Below, piece by piece: positions 1-5,933 of a stretch of 54,918 nucleotides of DNA. The DNA is from Candidatus Zixiibacteriota bacterium (lineage in GTDB: Bacteria; RBG-13-66-14; B26-G2; WVWN01). The translations under genes were made by a program, and so were the position numbers. The stretch lies in the NCBI GenBank assembly GCA_050117845.1, contig JASFLY010000020.1:1-54918 (forward strand). Reading direction: 5' to 3'. Under the pieces are notes generated by a model. The model saw only the letters and a program-made list of their open reading frames with translations, had not been told where the DNA came from and searched no databases. The first letter of the stretch is position 1, and every line of letters starts with the position of its first letter.

Positions 1-284
1 GGCCGTTACCCCACCAACTAGCTAATAGCGCGCGGGCCCATCCATCGGCGCCAGCATGCAAGCAGAGGCCGACTTTCTTCCCCAGAAGATGCCGCCTGGG
101 GACCTTATACGGTATTAGCTCGCCTTTCGGCGAGTTATCCCATACCAATGGGTAGGTTGCCCACGTGTTACTCACCCGTTCGCCGCTTTATACACTCCCC
201 GAAGGGAGCTTTAATCGCACGACTTGCATAAGCTTAAGCGCGCCGCCAGCGTTCGTCCTGAGCCAGGATCAAACTCTCCATGGC
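1..284 (-). rRNA. rrs: 16S rRNA, 5' part (runs off the window start)
   Basis: Reverse complement reads AGAGTTTGATCCTGGCTCAG (27F site, 258-277), then ...ATGCAAGTC...ACGGGTGAGTAACACGTGG...TTAGCTAGTTGGTGGGGTAACGGCC. The 5' end is approximate. Confidence 0.98.
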
Positions 285-410
285 AATTTTACCACTCCAC
301 CCGAAGGCGGAGAGGGGATTTACGTCTGTGGTACGTGCCGCCGGAAATGGTAATACCACTCCGACGAATGCTAAGGGCTTTTGCGGAGCATTGTAACTGC
401 ACGCCTTCAG

Positions 411-422
411 TTGTCAAAGATC
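411..422 (-). promoter_or_regulatory. boxA-like antitermination element in the rRNA leader
   Basis: Minus strand GATCTTTGACAA between the rrn promoter and 16S. Confidence 0.6.
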
Positions 423-462
423 GAACGCCCCGAAGGGCCAGGTGCCCCTAAGGGCAGCGATA

Positions 463-491
463 TATATAACATAGGCCTTTTGCAGTGTCAA
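463..491 (-). promoter_or_regulatory. sigma70-type rRNA promoter
   Basis: TTGACA-17 nt-TATATA with TG extension on the minus strand, upstream of 16S. Confidence 0.8.
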
Positions 492-546
492 GGAAAATCG
501 TAGAAATTCGGCGCGTAAGGGACTATTTTTATCCGATGCCGGCCGG

Positions 547-615
547 CGTGCCCCCGACATCCCCGTCGGTGATTCCCGTGGCCCGACGTTCGTGGCCCAG
601 GCATTCCTGCCTGGG
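547..615. repeat. REP-like palindrome cluster (CCGACATTCCTGTCGG-type hairpin plus GATTCCCGTGGCCC)
   Basis: The same unit recurs near 2920-2977 and 3951-4036. Confidence 0.7.
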
Positions 616-621
616 GACTTA

Positions 622-685
622 TCCCCGCCTGAAGGCGCGGTTGTAGGCTCCGCCTGTGATGTACCGTACCGTGAACGGCACGGCC
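622..685. repeat. 64-bp double-hairpin repeat, copy downstream of tnpA
   Basis: Matches 1208-1271 with one mismatch; two hairpins with TGAA/TTCA loops. Confidence 0.9.
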
Positions 686-756
686 CCCATCAGGGGCTCG
701 AGGCCCCGACGTTCACGTCGGGGTCCGTCACCGGCCGGCGGCCTACAACGCCGCGT

Positions 757-1200
757 TTACGCGGCGCCGTTGTGATGGTTATCCTGACGTGATACGTAAT
801 GCAAGACTTGATGGATATTCTTCTTCCCGACCGCTTCGACATAATAACCGCTCGCCCATAAAGCGTCGGCGCCCAGGTCCGGGAATCCTTTTCGGAGTTC
901 ACGCGACAAACGCCCTTTGATAAATTGCATGGGTTCCGCCGGCGGAGTCGTCGGTTTCAAACTTAGAACGACGTGAACGTGGTCGGGCATCGCGGCCGCG
1001 GCGTATAATAAATACCCGCGCTCTTCGCACACGACCCGCAACCGTTCGATCAAATCCTCGGCTACGGTCCCGTTCAATAAGGGGCGGTTATATTTAGCCC
1101 GGAAGACGTAATGGTAATATAGTATATAGGAAGCGGTTCGCGGCGAAGTATCGCGGATTTCGGCTGAAACGCCGTCCCGGACGTATATATTCAAAGCCAC
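757..1200 (-). CDS. tnpA: IS200/IS605-family Y1 (HUH) transposase
   Basis: YHYVFRAKYNR, MPDHVHVV (HUH) and LWASGYYVEAVG motifs; GTG start at 1200 with a purine-rich RBS preferred over the 1305 ORF start. Confidence 0.9.
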   Translation of the reverse strand: MALNIYVRDGVSAEIRDTSPRTASYILYYHYVFRAKYNRPLLNGTVAEDLIERLRVVCEERGYLLYAAAAMPDHVHVVLSLKPTTPPAEPMQFIKGRLSRELRKGFPDLGADALWASGYYVEAVGKKNIHQVLHYVSRQDNHHNGAA

Positions 1201-1207
1201 TCCTCTC

Positions 1208-1271
1208 TCCCCGCCTGAAGGCGCGGTTGTAGGCTCCGCCTGTGATGTACCGTACCGTGAACGGTACGGCC
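1208..1271. repeat. 64-bp double-hairpin repeat, copy upstream of tnpA
   Basis: Direct repeat of 622-685. Confidence 0.9.
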
Positions 1272-1360
1272 TCGCCCCCCCAATCCTCCGCCTATGGGGG
1301 CGCAACGCGTTGCGCCCCTACGATTACACGTGGGTATTTACGGATTTATGTCGCCGTGGG

Positions 1361-1996
1361 TCAGGGCGCCGGCTTGCGGGCGACGTATACCAGCCGCGAC
1401 GACCGTACGGGTTCCCCCTCGGCCTCCGCGTTCACGGTCGTCCATCGGGCGGTCCGGAGGACCTCCAGGCCGGCCAGGTACGCCTCCGTCTCCTCGGCCG
1501 CGAAGACGCTGTGGACGATTTCCCCGCCGCCTTCCTCCATCCAGAATTCGCCGCTGCCTGCCTCGCGCTCCACGCCCACCATCGGCCGGGTGTCGTCGAG
1601 CATGAATTGCACCGAGCAGTAGCCGCCGGCCTTGAGCACCCGTCGCATCTCGACGACCGTCCGGCTTATATCGCGCTTCACCAGGTGGCACATGGAGGAG
1701 TGCTCGTACACGAAGTCGAAGGTCCCGTCGGCGAAGGGGAGGTCGCGCATGTCGGCGCAACGCAGGTCCGCCGCGACGCCCTCCCGCTCGCAGAATGCCC
1801 GGGCCCGGGCGAGGCGCTCCTCGGAGACGTCTATCCCGTGGGCTTCGAAGCCGTATTGCGCGAAAGCGGCCAGCGGCGGCCTGTCGCCGCCGGCGCCGCA
1901 GTCGAGGACCCGGCGGCCCGACGTCTCGCCGTCGTACCGGGCCACGACGTGGCCCAGGAGCCAGTATATCAACGGAGGCCAGATTATTTTATCCAT
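1361..1996 (-). CDS. Class I SAM-dependent methyltransferase
   Basis: VLDCGAGG motif I, GIDVS, ADMRDLPFADGTFDFV, EMRRVLKAGG; ATG at 1996 chosen as start. Confidence 0.85.
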   Translation of the reverse strand: MDKIIWPPLIYWLLGHVVARYDGETSGRRVLDCGAGGDRPPLAAFAQYGFEAHGIDVSEERLARARAFCEREGVAADLRCADMRDLPFADGTFDFVYEHSSMCHLVKRDISRTVVEMRRVLKAGGYCSVQFMLDDTRPMVGVEREAGSGEFWMEEGGGEIVHSVFAAEETEAYLAGLEVLRTARWTTVNAEAEGEPVRSSRLVYVARKPAP

Positions 1997-2036
1997 GATA
2001 TGTTCCTGTACACTCCTGGCTGGAGGCACGCGCCCC

Positions 2037-2873
2037 TTACCGGTACATCGCTTTGATTTTACCCATTGACTCGGGCTCGATATTTACGTTGGAATCTATA
2101 TCGGGAGGATCGGGATTCAACTCCGGGTCGTACGGGCAATGGACCTTCCAGATATAGTGGCTACCGACCGTCGTACCGACCCACAGGTAAGACGGGTAAT
2201 AGGTTAAGCCGACCGGGGCGACCGCCGGGACGGTGAACGAGGCTACTAACGAGCCGATAGCATTGTACCCGTAAACGACGTCCGTCACGCCGCCGGCCCA
2301 TATTATCTGGTTTTTATAATCCCACGCCAGGTCGTAAACTTCGTGGGTCGGAGTAAAGAATCCGTAGTTTGAACCGGTAAGCAGGTCTTTATAATAAACC
2401 TGGTCCAGGTCCCGGTTACTCGACAGCATGTGCGTCGGGCAATAGCCGCCGGAGTCGATGGCCTTCACGGCCAGGCCGTTAATCGTAGTGGTGTACGCGG
2501 GGAAGGAGGCGTACACCGAACCCGTACTGTAGTTACAGCGGTAGATGTGGCGCGTATCCACGTTCCCCATCCAGAGGTAACTACCCTCGGGGAGGCCGCC
2601 GCCCCCGCCGTAGCTATATGTCAGGCCGCATGTAGCGTGCCCCTGGGGCGACTCGAACGAGCTGTAGACGGACCCGTTGCGTGAATCTACCTGGAATACA
2701 CAATACGGGCTGGTGTTGCAATAAACAAATAAAAACGTTGCGTTATTCGCTCGCGCCAGGCCAATGGGAAAATCCGCCGGCGCCGGGAACGACGCGACGA
2801 CTTCGCCCAACACGCCCCACGCGAAACTTGCGCTCAACAATAACCCCGCCGTTACAGCTAGATACTTTTTCAT
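2037..2873 (-). CDS. Secreted repeat (probable beta-propeller) protein with C-terminal IEPESMGKIKAMYR motif
   Basis: RBS GAGGAGGAG; signal peptide MKKYLAVTAGLLLSASFAWG; repeated GSVYxSF blades. Confidence 0.75.
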   Translation of the reverse strand: MKKYLAVTAGLLLSASFAWGVLGEVVASFPAPADFPIGLARANNATFLFVYCNTSPYCVFQVDSRNGSVYSSFESPQGHATCGLTYSYGGGGGLPEGSYLWMGNVDTRHIYRCNYSTGSVYASFPAYTTTINGLAVKAIDSGGYCPTHMLSSNRDLDQVYYKDLLTGSNYGFFTPTHEVYDLAWDYKNQIIWAGGVTDVVYGYNAIGSLVASFTVPAVAPVGLTYYPSYLWVGTTVGSHYIWKVHCPYDPELNPDPPDIDSNVNIEPESMGKIKAMYR

Positions 2874-2915
2874 GCTCCTCCTCGGTTTTGAGTTATAACC
2901 CTCGGTTCCGGCCTG

Positions 2916-3208
2916 CGTACCACCGACATTCCCGTCGGTCGTGCCACCGACATTCTTGTCGGTGATTCCCGTGGCCCCGGCGTTCGTGGCCGGGGGGGCG
3001 CAACACGTTGCGCCCGTACAACATTTTCGGCGGTCGGTGGCGGGTTTTTGTAGGGCGCGGTCTTTAGACCGTGCCGCTGAAACGGACATATTGATAAAAC
3101 CTAAGGTGGGCCGGTCTGAAGACCGTCCCCTACGACCTGCCCCCGCAGGCCGCACAGCTGTGCGGCCCTACGACCCACGTGGTCCGAAGCCCCGGCGTTC
3201 ACGCGGCG
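2916..3208. repeat. Mosaic REP cluster (BIME-like)
   Basis: Successive palindromes CCGACATTCyyGTCGG, GGGCGCAACACGTTGCGCCC, GCGCGGTCTTTAGACCGTGC, GGGCCGGTCTGAAGACCGTCCC and GGCCGCACAGCTGTGCGGCC, several flanked by GTAG/CTAC. Confidence 0.85.
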
Positions 3209-3831
3209 CTCGTCCCCGCGTCTCCCGACTCGGGTTCGGCCGGGACCGCCGGCAAGCGGTTGACGGCGTCGCATACGTAATACGTCGTAAAGCCTTCGAA
3301 CGCCAAGGTGATGAGCGTGATGACTCGGCCTATATAAGACGGCAAGAACGTAATCCCGCCGCCCCGGAAAAAGATCAGGGCCAGTATTAAAGCAATATAT
3401 ATGTACAGGACCCGCATCGAGAAGAACCAGCCGAAAACGAAGAAGACGTCGTCGTTGACGGGGCGCCCCGGCAGGTTATACCGCCGAAGATATTCGTTGT
3501 ACAGCTTTCCCCAGGGCCGGAAGGCCACGAAGGGCCAATACACGTTGACGACCGGGACGAACAGGATCAGCAATCGTTCCGAGGGCCCGAGCGACGATTC
3601 GGCCGAAGGGATGGCCTTCCATGCGCGGTACCAGAACCGGAGGAACATCGACAGACTCGCCACGCCGGCGAGCGTCTCGAACACGAATAGCAGTAAACGC
3701 GCCGGGTTCGGCTCGGCGTCGGGCCCGCCGGGAGACGTGCCGACGACGATGCGCGCGACCATGAAGAACAGCGGGACGCCGACGATCGCGCCGAGGTAGA
3801 AGGGTTTGGATAACCTTATGGGTTGGGGCAC
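3199..3831 (-). CDS. Membrane protein (DUF4328-like), paralog of 14804-15373
   Basis: About 4 TM helices; FWYRAW and L.IP...YW motifs shared with the paralog. Confidence 0.7.
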   Translation of the reverse strand: MPQPIRLSKPFYLGAIVGVPLFFMVARIVVGTSPGGPDAEPNPARLLLFVFETLAGVASLSMFLRFWYRAWKAIPSAESSLGPSERLLILFVPVVNVYWPFVAFRPWGKLYNEYLRRYNLPGRPVNDDVFFVFGWFFSMRVLYIYIALILALIFFRGGGITFLPSYIGRVITLITLAFEGFTTYYVCDAVNRLPAVPAEPESGDAGTSAA

Positions 3832-3950
3832 CGCATCCCTCCGAGGTTATGTTGCCGCTTTGGCCGCCGCTGCGCGTCGGCCGTCGCGGGCTCCGGGCGC
3901 CTCCTCGTAAACTGCGGGGTCGCCCTCCGCATATTATTTTAACCAGCCGG

Positions 3951-4079
3951 CGTGCCACCGATATTCCCGTCGGTCGTGCCACCGACATTCCTGTCGGTCG
4001 TGCCACCGACATTCCTGTCGGTGATTCCCGTGGCCCAGGCGGCCCGCCCATGTAAGGCCGCACAGCTGTGCGGCCCTAC
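3951..4079. repeat. 3 x 24-bp tandem palindromic unit plus REP GTAAGGCCGCACAGCTGTGCGGCCCTAC
   Basis: CGTGCCACCGACATTCCTGTCGGT at 3951, 3975 and 3999; REP at 4052-4079. Confidence 0.9.
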
Positions 4080-4216
4080 GCCCCGGAACCCTCCACGATC
4101 ATTATCTCCTCGTCCGTAAGGCCGTACAGCTCGTAGACCAGCGTGTCGATTTTACGGTCGGTGGCGGCGACGGCGCGCTGGAGGCGTTGCTTGTCGGCGT
4201 CGGATTTGGCGACGGC
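4076..4216 (-). repeat. Orphan copy of the R-M gene 3' end (AVAKSDAD...EEIMIVEGSGA*)
   Basis: Near-identical to 5940-6066; no start codon. Confidence 0.92.
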
Positions 4217-4295
4217 GGACAGTGGGCTTAAGCCCACTGTCTACGTCTCCCTTAAGCCCACTGTCTAGCCTACCGTCTACGAACCTTCCAGTACT

Positions 4296-4844
4296 TCATC
4301 GTGCGGCAGTATACAGGGCGGCGTAGGCCGCGACGGCTTGGGCGACCAGCGGTTTAACCTCCTTTTCGTACGTGCCATTTAACCACTCCCCCCAACGCTC
4401 AACGTGCTTATGATGGTTATTGGCTACGTAGTAGACGGCATGCGCGAGCGCGTCTTTGTCCTGCAATAATTTACGGTTGAACTTTCTGGCCCATACTGGC
4501 GTCCCCGGGTCGAAACCCAAACTCTTGACATACGCCCGAGCGCTATATCCCTTAACTTTTCGTATCAATTCATTTAGCGCCTTTTCGTCCGCGGCGCCAA
4601 CTACCATATGGACGTGGTCGGGGAGGATGTTGAGCGCGAGAATCGGCACGGCGTATTTCCGGACTGCCCCCGTCACCTTCTCCGCCATTATAGCTAAGGT
4701 TTCATCATAGAATACCACCGGTTCCCCGACCTTAATTTTCAAACGTGCCATCCGCTCCGATACCCGCGAGTTGTGCGTTACGAAGGTTACGAGCCACCAG
4801 ACAGTGGGGCCCGAGGCAGTGGGCTCTGAGGTAGTGGGTTCCAT
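4296..4844 (-). CDS. REP-associated tyrosine transposase (RAYT-like, Y1/HUH)
   Basis: LVTFVTHNS, ILPDHVHMVV (HUH), KVKGYSAR, VWARKF, YVANN; flanked on both sides by GACAGTGGGCTTAAGCCCACTGTC palindromes (4218-4241, 4899-4922). Confidence 0.85.
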   Translation of the reverse strand: MEPTTSEPTASGPTVWWLVTFVTHNSRVSERMARLKIKVGEPVVFYDETLAIMAEKVTGAVRKYAVPILALNILPDHVHMVVGAADEKALNELIRKVKGYSARAYVKSLGFDPGTPVWARKFNRKLLQDKDALAHAVYYVANNHHKHVERWGEWLNGTYEKEVKPLVAQAVAAYAALYTAAR

Positions 4845-4936
4845 GACAGCGGGCTTGGAAGCAGCGGGTTTTGGGACGGTGGGCTTAGGGACGGTTTAGA
4901 CAGTGGGCTTAAGCCCACTGTCCCTAAGCCCACTGT

Positions 4937-4973
4937 CTACCCACCCTCCACGATCTTTATCTCCTCATCCGTC
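4937..4973 (-). repeat. Short orphan copy of the R-M gene 3' end (TDEEIKIVEGG*)
   Basis: Matches 5940-5968. Confidence 0.85.
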
Positions 4974-5008
4974 GGATGTCTGCGGTAGGGGCGACTGGCC
5001 AGTCGCCC

Positions 5009-5143
5009 CTACGAACCTTCCACGATCCTTATCTCCTCATCCGTCAGGCCGTACAGCTCGTAGACGAGGGTGTCTATTTTGCGGTCGGTGGTTTTGATGG
5101 CGCGCTGGAGGCGTTGCTTGTCGGCGTCGGATTTGGCGGCGGC
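5009..5143 (-). repeat. Orphan copy of the R-M gene 3' end (AAAKSDAD...EEIRIVEGS*)
   Basis: Near-identical to 5940-6066; its TAG lies in REP GTAGGGGCGACTGGCCAGTCGCCCCTAC (4985-5012). Confidence 0.92.
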
Positions 5144-5144
5144 A

Positions 5145-5933
5145 TTAATCGGGGATGTCCGCCCCGGTTTTATTACCATTACTTTTTATCCACTTATTCC
5201 ATAAATATACGAAGAATTTAATAGCGTTTTCGTTTACAAACCGAGCCGTTTCTAAATCTTCTAGTTTAAACGCTCTGGATTTCTCGTTAAGTTTTCTTAC
5301 GCCACCTTCGTGCCGTAAAGCGCGTTTAAATAGATATTCAATATCCCCGCGGCGCGAAGGTCTTACAAAACGGCCAAATAAATCGTGTCCCCTGAAAAGC
5401 CAATTATGGGCAACGCCGTTACGGAATTCGATTACGTTTAACCAATTATCGAAGTAATCCCCGAACTCGCCTGAGGATGCTGTTATTTTCAAATCCTCCG
5501 GCAATAATCCTGGGTAGAGTTCGTCGATCTTTTTCGTAATCGAAAGGTATTTCAGTTTTTGTTCCACTTCATCGGAGGGCAAATGCTCGACGATCCTTAA
5601 ATAATAACGTAGGAAATTAACGAAAACTTCTTCGGCAAAAAAAGCCACGGCGCAAATCGCCAAATCGTGGTTTATTACCTCATCAAATCCCGTTGTAAAA
5701 GCCCTCCGAGCAATAACGCCTTCAGCAGTATCGATTATTTTACCGATTCCTTTTTGTAGCCATATGTAATTGCCTAAAATAATCGGAGGGTTATTATCAT
5801 CGAATCCTTCGCACACCATACAATGAATTTGTGCAGAGCCATCGAAATAAACGTACGGGTTTCCGCAAGCAGGGCACGTCGGCTTAGTATTCCCGCGCGG
5901 TTTGTCTTTATCATTTCGATTACTGGGGGCCAC
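5145..5933 (-). CDS. Hypothetical protein with N-terminal Zn ribbon and HEPN-like RxxxxH motif
   Basis: CPAC...CMVC and FRNGVAH; AT-rich; GTG start overlaps the end of the R-M gene. Confidence 0.65.
   Translation of the reverse strand: MAPSNRNDKDKPRGNTKPTCPACGNPYVYFDGSAQIHCMVCEGFDDNNPPIILGNYIWLQKGIGKIIDTAEGVIARRAFTTGFDEVINHDLAICAVAFFAEEVFVNFLRYYLRIVEHLPSDEVEQKLKYLSITKKIDELYPGLLPEDLKITASSGEFGDYFDNWLNVIEFRNGVAHNWLFRGHDLFGRFVRPSRRGDIEYLFKRALRHEGGVRKLNEKSRAFKLEDLETARFVNENAIKFFVYLWNKWIKSNGNKTGADIPD

Larger units (their letters stand above)
622..1271 (-). mobile_element. IS200-like element with hairpin ends
   Basis: tnpA flanked by subterminal-type hairpins in direct repeat; exact ends uncertain. 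Confidence 0.65.

Noticed and set aside
165..451. Short ORFs over the 16S gene and leader
   Set aside because: They lie antisense to rRNA and are spurious.
757..1305. tnpB/IscB or omega-RNA associated with tnpA
   Set aside because: No RuvC-type ORF lies next to either Y1 transposase.
3951..4022. Possible CRISPR array (3 x 24-bp palindromic repeats)
   Set aside because: The repeats abut with no spacers, there are no cas genes, and the same unit is scattered as a REP.
4076..5143. Classical integron attC array
   Set aside because: No tyrosine integrase is present; the repeats are coding-derived and lack attC R''/R' structure.
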